Under the pieces are notes generated by a model. That model did no database searches. It had not been told where the DNA came from and saw nothing but the letters and a program-made list of their open reading frames with translations. From the NCBI GenBank assembly GCA_951406725.2, contig OX597818.1, positions 124,000,001-124,064,000 on the forward strand: a stretch of 64,000 nt of DNA, given 5' to 3'. The position numbers and the translations under genes are program-made. The number at the start of each line of letters is the position of its first letter. Positions within the stretch are counted from its first letter, which is position 1. The stretch comes from Octopus vulgaris (lineage: Eukaryota). Shown here piece by piece: positions 1 to 12,350 of this stretch.

Positions 1-378
1 ATTATAGAATTATTTTGTTTGTTAATTGTTTAAATTATTTTCCATTGCTTTCGTTTTTTTTTTTTTTTTTATTTTTTTTTACACGCGTAACAATTAAATT
101 AATTTAACAATTAAGAAAAAAAATTAGGGTTAGTGACAGGATGCTGTCTCAGTTTTAGACGCAGCAAATGATTTTAGTTGAATGGAGGTAATCGATTGGT
201 TAAAATTGCCGAAATGCTCGGATTTTCAGACGAAATATCTTACAAACTATAGAATTTTCTCAATAAAACCAAGAAAAAAATGATGTTTTATAAACACATT
301 CTACCAGTATACGAAGTTTAAAAGTGTTTAGTTAACTAGAAATTGTGTTGACATCTGCCGTTCAAAAGGAAAAGATCC
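1..378. mobile_element. Right half of a palindromic Merlin-like MITE (same family as 2101-2693)
   Basis: Ends in ...ttcaaaaggaaaagatcc, the reverse complement of the terminus at 2101. About 250 bp match 2101-2500 in inverted orientation. Confidence 0.75.
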
Positions 379-385
379 CGTGATA

Positions 386-637
386 GGCGATCTTTCGATA
401 CTAGTAACATAACTGTCACTTATAAACCACGTGAGTTTACTTACATTTCTGAACACACATATATATATATATATATATATAGATAAGTATATGAAAGAAT
501 GGAGTTGAACGACTAGTTAACAAATATCCTTTATTCTCGACATATGTTTCGAAGGCTGCATATTCTGATGTGAATTTGCTACCCAGGTATCGGTTATCTT
601 TCGAATTATCCTTAATAAGATAATTCATTCAATTACT

Positions 638-673
<36 letters not shown>

Positions 674-850
674 CACTGCGTGACATCGTGAGCAGGGGTC
701 ACTGGGTTGACATTTATCTTGTGAGTGTACCTTTAATTCAAAAGGTTACAGTGCGCAGTGTAAGAATGTACATATATATATGTTCAGAAATGTAAATAAA
801 CCCACGTGGTTTATAAGTGACACTTATGTTACTAGTATCGAAAGATCGCC
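386..850. mobile_element. MITE with ~75 bp TIRs starting GGCGATCTTTCG, with a (TA)n-flanked internal insert
   Basis: ggcgatctttcgatactagtaacataa... at 386 is inverted as ...ttatgttactagtatcgaaagatcgcc ending at 850. No clean TSD seen. Confidence 0.7.
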
Positions 851-1083
851 TGATCGTACAATACATCACACAGACACGTGTGTATTGTATTCAAACTGTG
901 GCTGTGTCCCAGGCTTATTATTATTTTTTTAAATCAAGTATTTCCCTTTCCATATTTTCATGGAAGTTCCTTTGTTTCCCGATACACCATCAAACTGAAA
1001 CTACAGAAAATACGAAAAAAACTTAAGAACTCCATCCCCTAAAATAGTCGTGTTTTCAAATACCTTCTTTCTTTCCATATATA

Positions 1084-1119
<36 letters not shown>

Positions 1120-1313
1120 ACACACACACGAGAAAAATATGAAATTGAACATCAGGGGTAGTTTTACCCAACTATCTTCGAAAAAAGAAATAAGGATTGG
1201 AGAACGAGAGCGTAAAGAGAAAAGAAGTGGGACTAAGTTCTTTGAAAGGGGAATAGTGAAAATTTAAACCACAATGACCAGAATTCGATATATGATAAGG
1301 ATTGCCTTATACA

Positions 1314-1615
1314 TTTGTTTTGCCGAACCGCTAAGTTACGGGGACGTAAACACACCAACATCGGTTGTCAAGCGATGTTGGGGGAACAAACACAGACACA
1401 CACATATATAATATATATACATACATACATACATACATACATACACACATATATACGACGGGCTTCTTTCAGTTTCCGTCTACCAAATCCACTCACAAGG
1501 TTTTCGGTCGGCCCGAGGCTATAGTAGAAGACACTTACCCAAGGTGCCACGCAGTGGGACTGAACCCGGAACCATGTGGTTCGTAAGCAAGCTACTTACC
1601 ACACAGCCACTCCTG
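1314..1615 (-). mobile_element. tRNA-derived CORE-type SINE (family A), 3'-truncated
   Basis: Reverse complement of the head caggagtggctgtgtggtaagtagc, B-box-like gggttcagtccc, CORE-like accttgggtaagt, and a central (TA/CA) tract. Many copies in the window. Confidence 0.85.
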
Positions 1616-2100
1616 TCATGTTGATAAAAACTGCACCTTTCATAGGGATAGCCAAACCACTCCTGATCCCTCATAATTATTTCAAGCTGTGTTTAAGACA
1701 CTTCAACAAAAGGCCTTGTTTTTTTTTGTTTTTTTTATATACCACCCACGATAATGAATCTTTCACTAAAAAGGGGAAAGAAAAAAATCTTCAATTTTAT
1801 TACAATTGTTGACAACATAAAACGTTCACCTCTTTCCTAGTAGATCCGATTTTTACACCGACAGTGTAGATAAAGAAAAGTTATTTACATTTGATAAGGC
1901 TTGATACAGACTATAAATCAATATAGCTGTCTTGCTCAACAGTTATGTAATATGTGCGCATGTGCAGTAAGCAATTGGCATTTACGAGATGTATTAGCAG
2001 CATCCATCTTGTTGCGTAATAAATGTTAGTTAAAACTACGTTACAGTTTATTAGCAGTCGGGAACAAAATAAATGGAAAGAGGGTGTAAGAATTAACACT

Positions 2101-2693
2101 GGATCTTTTCCTTTTGAACGGCAGATGTCAACACAATTTCTAGTTTGTTTTGCCGAACCGCTAAGTTACGGGGACGTAAACACACCAACATCGGTTGTCA
2201 AGCGATGTTGGGGGAACAAACACAGACACATACATATATAATATAAACACTTTTAAACTTCGTATACTGGTAGAATGTGTTTATAAAACATCATTTTCTC
2301 TTGGTTTTTTTATTGAGAAAATTCTATAGTTTGTAAGATATTTCGTCTGAAAATCCGAGCATTTCGGCAATTTTAACCATTACCTCCATTCAACTAAAAT
2401 CATTTGCTGCGTCTAAAACTGAGACAACATCCTGTAACTAGCCCTAAACCTTCCCCCTAACCTTAACCCTAAATTTTTTTTTCTTAATTGTTAAATTAAT
2501 TTAATTCTATTGCTTTAGTTTTTTTTACACGTATAACAATTAAATTAATTTAACAATTAAGAAAAAAAAATTAGGGAAAATTACAATTTTCTCAAGAAAG
2601 CCAAGAGAAAAAATGTTTTATTTTGACACATTCTACCAGTATACGAAGTTTTAAAGTGTTTAGTTAACTAGAAATTGTTTTCCGTTAAGATCC
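2101..2693. mobile_element. Palindromic Merlin-like MITE with 8-bp TSD and internal TAACCC-like repeats
   Basis: Termini ggatctt...aagatcc with TSD ttaacact at 2093-2100 and 2694-2701. GG termini plus an 8-bp TSD fit Merlin/IS1016 (superfamily inferred). Confidence 0.75.
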
Positions 2694-3829
2694 TTAACAC
2701 TTCCTTCTCTAAGCTTAGATTCGAAACCGAATCCAAGAATTCTCGGTCGTCCAAACCACGACGATCAACAGGCGCGAAAAAAGGTTTTCTTTATCTTGTC
2801 AAAAGTTGATTGATCATCACCCTTTGACCTGCGACCTTAGCATGTCAGGCGAAGTTCAACTGGACAAGCGCTGACCTATTTAGGTACAAACTGACCTATT
2901 TAGGTACATACTCTCAGTATGTCTGTCTTTCTAACTGCTACTTTTTATTATAAATACAAGGGTGAAAGAGAAAAGCGGGCAGACAATCGCAGCAGAGACT
3001 GGAGCAGACAGATGAGATAGGGTTTTTGGCAGACGATAGACACCCAAGGTTTTTGGCAGACGACAGAGACAGAGAGAAATGTTCGAAGTGCCGATAGACT
3101 ACTGTTTCGAATGAAACACACACACACACAGACAAAAATATTAATTCCTAACATAACTTCTCACGAATGTACTCTCTATTTCTAGCAACTCGTAGCAGTT
3201 GCCTACATCTGTAAATAAATTCCTTTCAATCATGAAACGGTTTACGTATTTGTTTACATACACACTTAACCACTACAGGTGTGGCGAAGAATTAAAATGC
3301 TCAGTAAATTATTTTTTCAATGATTTTATCTTACATTTTTCAAAACAAATATCTGGAGTGGGAAGTTAGTTAATTCTATGCACATTCACAAATACATACA
3401 CACATGCTTGCATATAATTATTACACATAAATCTAGGCAATCACACAAACGAATACACATAATTATACTTTGATGAATAGATAATCACATACAGTTCTGT
3501 AAAAACAAACGAGTCACGTAATTACACAAATGAATTTATAATCACACGAATGAAAACAAATTCATATACACATTTCTAAAAAATACCATATATACTTACA
3601 AACACATTAGCGCATCTATGTACACACGTGTACCAGTTTATAATGGACTGCGTGTATAAATGTGTGTAATCTAAAGAATTTACACCATTTCTGAAACGTA
3701 GTCTTCTTGTTTACGATACTTTTAAAGAATTATTATTGTTGTTATAACCATTTCTTTTATTGGCTACACGGGCTCAAGACAGACGACAATATCGAAGGTT
3801 AAGTTACAGCACACACACAATAATAATGG

Positions 3830-4222
3830 TTTCAAATTTTGCCACAAGAGCAGCAATTTTGGGGGAGGGGTAAGTCGATTACATCGAACCAGTATTCGTC
3901 TGGTACTTAGTTAACTGACCTCGAAAGCATGATAGGCAAAGTCGACCTCGGCGGAATCTGAACTTAGAACGTAGTGACAGATGAAATACCTATTTCTTTA
4001 TTACCCACAAGGAGCTAAACATAGAGTGGACAAACAAGAACAGACAAAGGTATTAAGTCGATTACATCGACCCCAGTGCGTAACTGGTACTTAATTTATC
4101 GACCCCGAAAGGATGAAAGGCAAAGTCGAACTCGGCGGAACTTGAACTCAGAACGCAACGGCAAACAAAATATGGCTACGCATTTTGCCCGGCGCGCTAA
4201 CGGTTCTGCCAGCTCGCCGCCT
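3830..4222 (-). mobile_element. Two adjacent family B SINEs (tRNA head, Meta/Sauria-like core)
   Basis: Reverse complement of the head ggcggcgagctggcagaa and the core gactttgcctttcatcctttcggggtcgataaattaagtaccag, seen twice. Confidence 0.8.
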
Positions 4223-4225
4223 TAA

Positions 4226-4581
4226 TAAGAGCACTCAGAACGCGCAAACCTCTGCCAAATCCTCTCAACGATTAACCAGAGACGATTTTTAAAATGAGAA
4301 TATTTGAAATAAACTCGACTGCTCTCACAGACGAGAATACTAAAAATTAACCCAACCACTCTCAAATATCAAGTTAAAAAAAAAAGGGGGGGGGGGATAA
4401 TCCAAAATCTTTGTCCGGTATCGGATTGATTCCAAAATCTAATCAGTTCGTGCCGGTCACGAGGCCAAACATCCCTAAAAGTTCCAAACGAATCCATCCA
4501 GCAGTTCTTGAGACATCTTGTCCACGGATAAACAAATACGACCGAAAACCATATCTCCGCCTTCGCTAGGGCAGAGGTAAT
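4226..4581. mobile_element. Helentron-associated (HINE/DINE-like) non-autonomous element
   Basis: Subterminal inverted motif aacctctgcc...ggcagaggt plus a short terminal hairpin. Related copies at 27695-28078 and 29058-29186. Confidence 0.5.
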
Positions 4582-4649
4582 AATCCCTTCTACTATAGGG
4601 ACAAGGTCTAAAATTTGGATCGGGGTGTAAGTCGATTACATCGATCGAT

Positions 4650-6160
4650 CCCTTAGATCTTCTAGACTGAAGTGTACGTAAAGATTTGTTGGAAAAAAAT
4701 TCTTCCGCCGGAGGGTGAGGGGTGAGGAGTTTCGGAAAACTCACACGACCCAACATTTTCTCCCACAACTTAGAGGAAAATGGCATTTTTAAAAACTTTA
4801 TACAAATACCTTTCAAACGATGTAGATGACAATTACAAAGAAATTTGTAAGCAAAGTTTTTGGGAGGTGGGGGGGGGGGTCTGGAAAACGAAAATTTCGG
4901 ATTAGACGGGATTGTCTTCAATTATTTTTTCAACACACTCTTCGGAATGATGGAAAGCATTTTTTCACGAAAAAAATATTTAAATTTATTATTATTTTTT
5001 TCACTTCCGCCAACTCCTTCCATCCCAGACCGGACCGATTTTGGTAAATTTCCCCCGCCCCCGAGGACGCACTTAAAACCCATGAAAAACATTTTCGGCT
5101 TTAAAAAAAATTCAGAGGCGTAGGAGTGGCTGTGTGGTAAGTAGCTTGCTTACGAACCACATAGTGTCTGGGAATTCAGTCCCACTGCGTGGCACTTTGG
5201 GCAAGTGTCTTCCACTATAGCTTCAGGCCGACCAAAGCCTTGTGAGTGGATTTGGTAGATGGAAACTGAAAGAAGCCTGCCGTATATATATATGTTTGTG
5301 TGTGTATGTTTGTCCCCACAACATCGCTTGACAACCGATGCTGGTGTGTTTACGTCCCCATAACTTAGCGGTTCGGCAAAAGAGACCGATAGAATAAGTA
5401 CTAGGCTTATAAGTCCTGGGGTCGATTTGCTCGACTAAAGGCGGTGCTCCAGCATAGCCACAGTCAAATGACAAACAAGTAAAAGAAAAAAAATAGAGGA
5501 AAATGTGTGATGTTAGTGAGATCTGGAATTATGCCAAAGTAACACGCTTAGTCCATTGCTGGGATATTAGCAAAGAAAAACGAAAGTCGGGTATTGAAAA
5601 ATCAATACATATTTGAGTGAGAAAAAGAATGGGGATGGTCGGACTTGCGATGTGCTAGAAACAACAGCCAAATCTCCCTTAAATCACTTTTTCCACTGAA
5701 AGAGATTTTTCTTTTAATCCGAAAAGGTTTCTCCCGTGTTTTTAAGTGCGTAGTGAAAAAAAATTGCCCAAAATCGGTCCGGACTGGGGTGGTGAGGAGG
5801 TGGCGGAAGTGAAAAAAAAAAAAATCAAATTTTCAAATTTTTTTTCCCGTGAAAAAAATGCCTCCAATCATTCCAAAGACTGCTGAAAAAAAAAAACCGT
5901 GAAAACAGAGAAATTCCAACTTATATGGGCCGTCTGATCTGAAACTTTCCCACAGCCCTTCCAAAAAAAAGTTTGCCCACAAATTTCTTTGTAATCGTAA
6001 TCTACACCGTTTGAAAGGTATTTGTGTAAAATTTTATAAAAAGATAACCATTTTCCGAGGGGAAAACGTCAGGTTGTGTAAATTTTCCGAAATTCCCCAA
6101 ACCCCCGGAAGAATTTTTTCCAACAAATCTTTACATACTCAATCTAGAGGGTCTAAGCGA
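4650..6160. repeat. Diverged ~450-bp inverted repeat arms (4650-5112 and 5700-6160)
   Basis: gtaaagatttgttggaaaaaaattcttccg pairs with cggaagaattttttccaacaaatctttac, and ccggaccgattttgg pairs with ccaaaatcggtccgg. Confidence 0.7.
5117..5490 (+). mobile_element. Family A SINE, full length
   Basis: Runs from the head ggcgtaggagtggctgtgtggtaag to the tail acaagtaaaag. Confidence 0.85.
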
Positions 6161-6503
6161 TTATTTGTTAAAAATTTCGTTAAAAAATATCTTTTTTTCG
6201 GGAGGTTATGAGGCAACAAAGTCGGGGCGGGGTATATACATCTGTGTTATCGAACACACCCAGTAACATATGCAGAGCATTCTCAAAACCCCTGATCAAG
6301 CTAAACACCACGCCAACTGATTGCTTACTTTGCAGTCTAATGTTTAGGTTTCATTCAGCGGCAAAGAAAGATCCATGAAAAGCACGATTACACTGAACCA
6401 AGATAAAATTTAAACGAAGTAGTACATCCCCCATGCATATCACTTAAACGTTCAACAAACCATTCGAGTACTTGGCAAGTGCACAATCGCCTGAACCGGG
6501 TCC

Positions 6504-6549
<46 letters not shown>

Positions 6550-7814
6550 CCCGCATGTGCCTATGTTTATATCCCCATAACAAGTGTTTCGACAAAAGCG
6601 ACCGATAAAATAAGTACTAGGCTTAAAAAAAAGTACTGGGGTCGATATATTCGACTAAAAAAAAAAATTCAAGAGCCCCCCCCCCCCAACATGGCTTGCA
6701 GTCTAATGACTGAAACAAGAAAAATAAAAAAGAAAATAAATAAACCCCGATGACAATATTGTGCAATAATAGCTAACTGAACCGATGACTTGAATCAAGT
6801 CTCAAGACAAAAAGTTGTATTCGTTCTCAACTTTTTAACAGTATTCTTATTCATTTTCAATGGTGTCTTTATCGTGAAGGTCGTCAAATAAAATTGAAGC
6901 GTGGTTAACAATAACTTATTTTATAAAACATGCCATCACTAAGTTATTTTCTGTGACCAACAAGAGAATGTGAAATCGTAATTGCAAGGAGATTTTTCTC
7001 CTCAAAGTCTATTGAATTATCACTTTTAAAAAATCCACCATGTGACATTGTTGCCATGCACGATTAGGTTCGCTATTACTGTCTACAGTCTAAAAGGCAA
7101 AAAGTATGTTAACGGTTTCAATAACGAGTATTTGCAGTTCATTATCTCTTCCGTATCACCTTAACGCTTGAAAAGAATGAGATACACGCTGGGGAACTGG
7201 CAATTCTCATGGGAAAGAAGTTACTATGTTCAAACACAATAACCGTTCCGCCTGAAGATTTCAGAATTATCACTATCAGAAGTGAACGCAGCATGACACG
7301 GAAAACAACCATCACGCCTCCACTCTGACACGAGATTAGCTGGAAAAACTTGCCCCGATGTGCTGAACAAATCAATGTTGAGCTTAAGTTCCCCCAAAAA
7401 GAGCTACGAGGAACGAACGGAGTCATGTATCAAAAGTTAAACAATGACAAAGCCAACATAACTTCTGTCCCATTGATCTGTCCAACAAATAATTGAAGTA
7501 CAGAATGTTTGCCCTTAATATTGTCCCAAACTCAAAGAATTCTTAGTTCTTTTTCACCCTGCTTTTACATCTAAAAATTATTGTTATTTTCGAAAATGTA
7601 TTTGCTTTCATGCTTAGGCCATTCTATATTTTGGCCATGCCCTTCGAGAGTCTACCAGCAATATGCAATAGAGCTTACGGATCTTGGGAAGCTGGTCCTA
7701 AGCAAGCCTCTCCCTCATATTTAAGAGAGATTATGATTATATAGTCTGACGTGTTCCTGCTGTATTTAAAATATGATATATGATTCAGGAGAAATTAAGC
7801 TATCATGTCTATCA

Positions 7815-7971
7815 CAATGGGTCTCAACTGGAGCCCAAATGACACTTGCGGACCCATATAAAATTTTAAGATTTATGTGCAGTAACTTGGTTATACTTCT
7901 ACAATACACAAAATATTTTAATTTTTTTCATACAATTTCTAATAATATTTAGTTATGGTTGAGAACTACTG
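7815..7971. mobile_element. hAT-type MITE with 8-bp TSD
   Basis: TIRs caatgggtctcaac / gttgagaactactg with TSD gtctatca on both sides. Confidence 0.8.
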
Positions 7972-8863
7972 GTCTATCAGAACAAACAGCCGTGAAAATC
8001 GTAAATATAGCCTTCCTTCGCTGGCTCAAAGTACTTGTTTAGCTCCAGATCAGCGTTCATTGAACAGAACTATGATGAAATGCATTCCAGCCATGAAAAT
8101 GTTTATTTAGTGTATTTAATTACGATATGGTATGATTTGAGGGAGATTTAGGTGCTAGTTCTACCTTTTCAGAAAGCTGGCTGGTAAAAGGTGCTTAGAG
8201 AAGAGGTACTAGGTGGTAAGCGGAAGAGTCAGGAAAGTTTCGGTTACATATATTGATAGATATGCATAAATTCTATTATAAAGAGTATTCTTTACGTTGT
8301 GAGTATATTCAAACTGGTGAACATGAGACTTTCGAAAGTGATGAAAGTGAAAATCCACAAATTCAAACCGAAAAGTATCTTATTTCCATTTAATTCTCAA
8401 TGTTTGTAGTTCAAAATATGATTTTATTAGAATTTAAGAATTGGTACACATTATATTTTGATCTAAATTATGAATTAATTCCATCAATACAAGAAACTCA
8501 ATTAATCAACATCAATTATCATGCGAACATTTCCTTTCAATCAACTCATATCAGTTAACATTTTCCACAATGCATAGATGTTATGGGTTTGTAATGTTCA
8601 ACCATATCTTAAATAATTCAGAAAAAAAATCATTGTATTTTTTTACTGATTATCATTTATTTTTCACTTTCTCAGTCATGTTATAGACACATAACGAAAA
8701 AGTACCTAATAAGGTTTACCAAAACAAAAGGATTTTTTTTATTTTTGGGGGGACATAACTAGTATTTATTGTCCCTGATCATTTTCCTCACATTTTAATG
8801 CATTTTTATGAAAGGAAAGTTCATGGAAATACACTGAAAATTATATCAAAAGTTTTAATTTTT

Positions 8864-9280
8864 GGTGATCTTTCGTCTCTAGTAGACCTTTCCGTCAATT
8901 TCCGTAAATTTTTTTTTTTTTTTTTACATATGGGCTTGCGGGAACTTTTGAATATACATACATATACACATATACCGAGTAAAAAATTTCAGTTATATCT
9001 TTCACACATTACTCTCTCTGTCTCTTCACACACACTAACAAAAGCACTTCACTTACACAACATACTTTCTGTCTCGCACACCTCATCAAACACACACACA
9101 TGTACATCAATGCTTGCCATGCACGGTAACTTCAAAAGAACTTCCCTCGTCATACAATCACTTTCTCTTAGTGTCTTTCGCTCTCATTACTTCAAAAGTT
9201 CCCGCAAGCCCATATGTAAAAGAAAAAAGGATTTTTTTACGGAAATCGACGGAAAGGTCTACTAGAGACGAAAGATTGCC
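8864..9280. mobile_element. MITE with ~85-bp TIRs
   Basis: ggtgatctttcgtctctagtagacctttccgtc...gcgggaacttttgaa is inverted at 9191-9280. The TIR start resembles that of the 386-850 element. Confidence 0.8.
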
Positions 9281-10004
9281 TTTTCTTTTTTATTACACCC
9301 AGAAAAGTTTATGCCTTTTCAAACATTCAATATATTCATTCATGGTCGCTGCACAACATTGAAAACAATCTATCACAACCTGATTATACCAATACGAAAT
9401 AAAAATATACGTAAAAATAAATTTCTAGTTGGCGTTTAGTTTAAGCAATAATAAAAAGGCACAAACGAATCAGTCTACTACATAGAGATCGAAGAAAAGT
9501 ATTTCTGCATAATAATCTGCAGTGTCCCATTCTTCATATACGACATTACGTTGTGCAACGTTTAAATGCACATCGATTTATTTTCTTTATATTTTTTCTT
9601 GCTTAACATTTTAATCTACAAATGTTTAACAAAAAACTATGCATTACTAATAAACTAGGCAATTAAGTTGTAAAAGAGGCATGGCCTTGTCACCTCCCCG
9701 CCCCGTACACACACATTTATACATATAAATACAGAGAATGTATATATAAGATTTCAAGTAGGCCAAAGCAAGAGTTCGTAGTTTATTTGTGTCCGATAAA
9801 ACTCATTATTCAAGATACCGCGCTTAAATACATTAAGAACATGTACTTAGTTTAGCACACTGTTTAGAAGAATTAAAATGGAAGCTGAATGACGCCGAAA
9901 CCTTTAACACAAACGTAAATGGAAAAAAAAAAATCTAGAGAGCTTCCTCCGAGGTTCGAAACTTAATTCATCTTTTCCGGAGCTCGCTGTACTAACTACA
10001 TATG

Positions 10005-10158
10005 CCTATTTCTTTATTACCCACAAGGGGCTAAACATAGAGGGGACAAACATGGACAGACATAGGTATTAAGTCGATTACATCGACCCCAGTGCGTAAC
10101 TGGTACTTAATTTATCGACCCCGAAAGGATGAAAGGCAAAGTCGACCTCGGCGGAATT
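10005..10158 (-). mobile_element. Family B SINE, 5'-truncated
   Basis: Core and tail match other family B copies. Confidence 0.8.
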
Positions 10159-10904
10159 GCCTAACTACGTATGCCACATATTTATGGAGTATATCATACG
10201 TTGTATAATTTCTTTCGCGTAAATGGAAAGTAACTTCTTTATTAATTTGTCTATTAAAAAAATATAATTTCACACTATAATCTTGATGTTTCCAGGCGAA
10301 AAAGCTTCGAAAACTTGCTGCTTAAAAAAAAAAAAAATTCATTTCATACCGTTTTATTAATAAGTGGGGGATATTTTTCTATGAAAAATTCACTAATAAA
10401 ATTTTATTCACCATAAAATATATTTCTAAAAATTATCTAATACATAAAGTTTTTTGGGTTTTTTTTTGCAAGGAGAAAAAAGCTATTAATTAAATGAAAA
10501 AAAAAAAAGGCTCTAGTTTCAAATAACGATTTTTACTAAATTTATTTTTAAGCTGTAGCTTTTCCGACGCCAAAGTTCAACTTTAATCAGTGTAAAGATT
10601 AAGAAGATACGGAAGAGCAAGAGGAAAAGAATGGACGAGCGAAAATGCAGTAATACCAAACTTTTGAGAATTTTCCAATGATAAATCTTTATTTCAACCG
10701 ACACTTTTTCTTTCTTTCTTTCTTTCAGCGGAGGATAATCTATACGCACGTATTTTCGAAGGATTAAGATTCGGTGTTTGGCTGAGATCGAGATTCAATA
10801 ACAAAATTTGTCATTCCGACCGTTTTCCATTGATTCGCGTGAATGAAAAAAAATGTCCTTTAAATAGTAAACTGGTTAATATAAAGCGTTACATATATCA
10901 GAAA

Positions 10905-11290
10905 ATCAAAAAAAAAATGTGTGTAATAGGTGTAAAACAACTTCCTATGAACGAATATGACAAAAAAAATTCGCGCACGCGAAAGGGGGTGGGGAGAGGC
11001 CTCGGAAAATTCACATCGGGAAGTTCCGAAAGCGTCTGAGGGGCTGACCCGGGCACCAAAACAAAAAAAAAATAGTGTAATATGTGTAAAACAACTTGCT
11101 CTAAACGAATATGACAAAAAAAATGCGCTCTCGCGAAAGAGGGGTGGGGGAGAGGCCTCGGAAAATTTATATCTTCAGTCCACGGCCTTTAAACTAAGAA
11201 AAAATAGTGTAATTGGTGTAAAACTACTTGTTCTAAACGAGTATCAAGAACACACACTCACACATGAATCATAAACTCCGTATTTTTGTA
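10905..11290 (+). repeat. ~150-bp tandem unit (about 2.4 copies), probably inside a Helitron-like element
   Basis: gtgtaaaacaactt...aacgaatatgacaaaaaaaat...ggggagaggcctcggaaaatt occurs twice, with a partial third copy. Confidence 0.65.
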
Positions 11291-12022
11291 CATATTTCGC
11301 AAAAAAAAAAATAAATAAAGAGAAGAAATTCTGGAATGTAGATTCAATAATAATAAAAATGACATATACAACTTGAAACAACGTGGTCGATAGACATGCT
11401 TGAAATAGCAGTTCTCGTCAAACTCAAATTACAACTAGTTTTGAGGAGGGAAAAAAAAAAAGTAATGTTTCCTAAATACACTAACTACATTAGCACCAAG
11501 GACGGAATAGCCACGGTTACACCCTTTAGTATAGCTATCTTTCTGTTAATCTGAAATCAGTCAATTAGTGGTACTTACTTACAAGTGTAAACAATTAGAA
11601 AAGAAAAACAAGGAAACTACATAAAAGAGAAAAAGAATTACAGAAAGGGACTTTTATGAAAACAATTTTGATTCTACCACACTACGTATTAGGGAAATAA
11701 ACATTTGAGTTTACAAGCGTGAAAATAAAAATATCCAAAACAAAAAAAGTAGAATCTAAATAAATATTTTACTTTAGAAGCTGAGTCTTATTATTCTTAT
11801 TATTAAACAGAAACTCGGAATAACAATGATGCAAGAAGCCTGTTATAAAAACATTAATGTTAAATATATGAGACAGAGAAAAGGAGAGAGAGAGAGAGAG
11901 AGTATAGAAGTATTTCTTGTGATAAAATCTAAATAGGCAGAGAGATGAGAGTATGTATTTATAAAATACGCGCAAACATTTTTTAATAGCGCTGTAATGG
12001 AATGAATTATTAAAATACTTAC

Positions 12023-12068
12023 GGACCAGAATAGCCAGAAAGATTATATGACCTAGTCTTAATTCCAT
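12023..12068 (-). CDS. Probable first coding exon of a secreted or membrane protein (signal-peptide-like MELRLGHIIFLAILV, phase-1 intron). Downstream exons not identified.
   Basis: ATG in gcaacgATGG context, a basic then hydrophobic N-terminus, and a consensus donor C|GTAAGT. Lies about 205 nt downstream of a TATA/Inr start. Confidence 0.55.
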
Positions 12069-12269
12069 CGTTGCGTGAATCCAAAAGTAGAAGGAAAAAA
12101 TAGCTACTTAACGCTTTGTATAATGAGGATGAAACAATATATAGAGGTGTTTTGTTTTCTTTTTATTCGCTTTCGATGTGTTTACACGAAAGCTAAAAAC
12201 TAATTTTTGGTATTCACGAACAAACAGTTGAGTGCCTTTTCACTTAAGTTCCACCGAAGTCACTTCAGT

Positions 12270-12350
12270 CAACTGAGATTACTGTTCCGACTCATTGATA
12301 AATAGTCTGCCAATCCTACCGTGCCTCAAATTAACTCTATGACGTCAGCA
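12270..12350 (-). promoter_or_regulatory. Pol II core promoter: CRE, CCAAT, TATA-like box and initiator
   Basis: TGACGTCA at 12340-12347 and CCAAT at 12310-12314. On the minus strand TATTTAT starts at 12304 and Inr TCAGTT has +1 at 12274, giving -30 spacing. Confidence 0.6.

Noticed and set aside
530-640. GAAAC-ATAT-GTC hammerhead 3' half on the minus strand
   Set aside because: No CUGANGA box or matching stem I was found, so it is at most a decayed remnant.
1983-2015. Minus-strand aacaagATGGATGCTGCT... possible first exon
   Set aside because: The donor is weak (GTAAAT), the peptide is very short, and there is no supporting promoter spacing.
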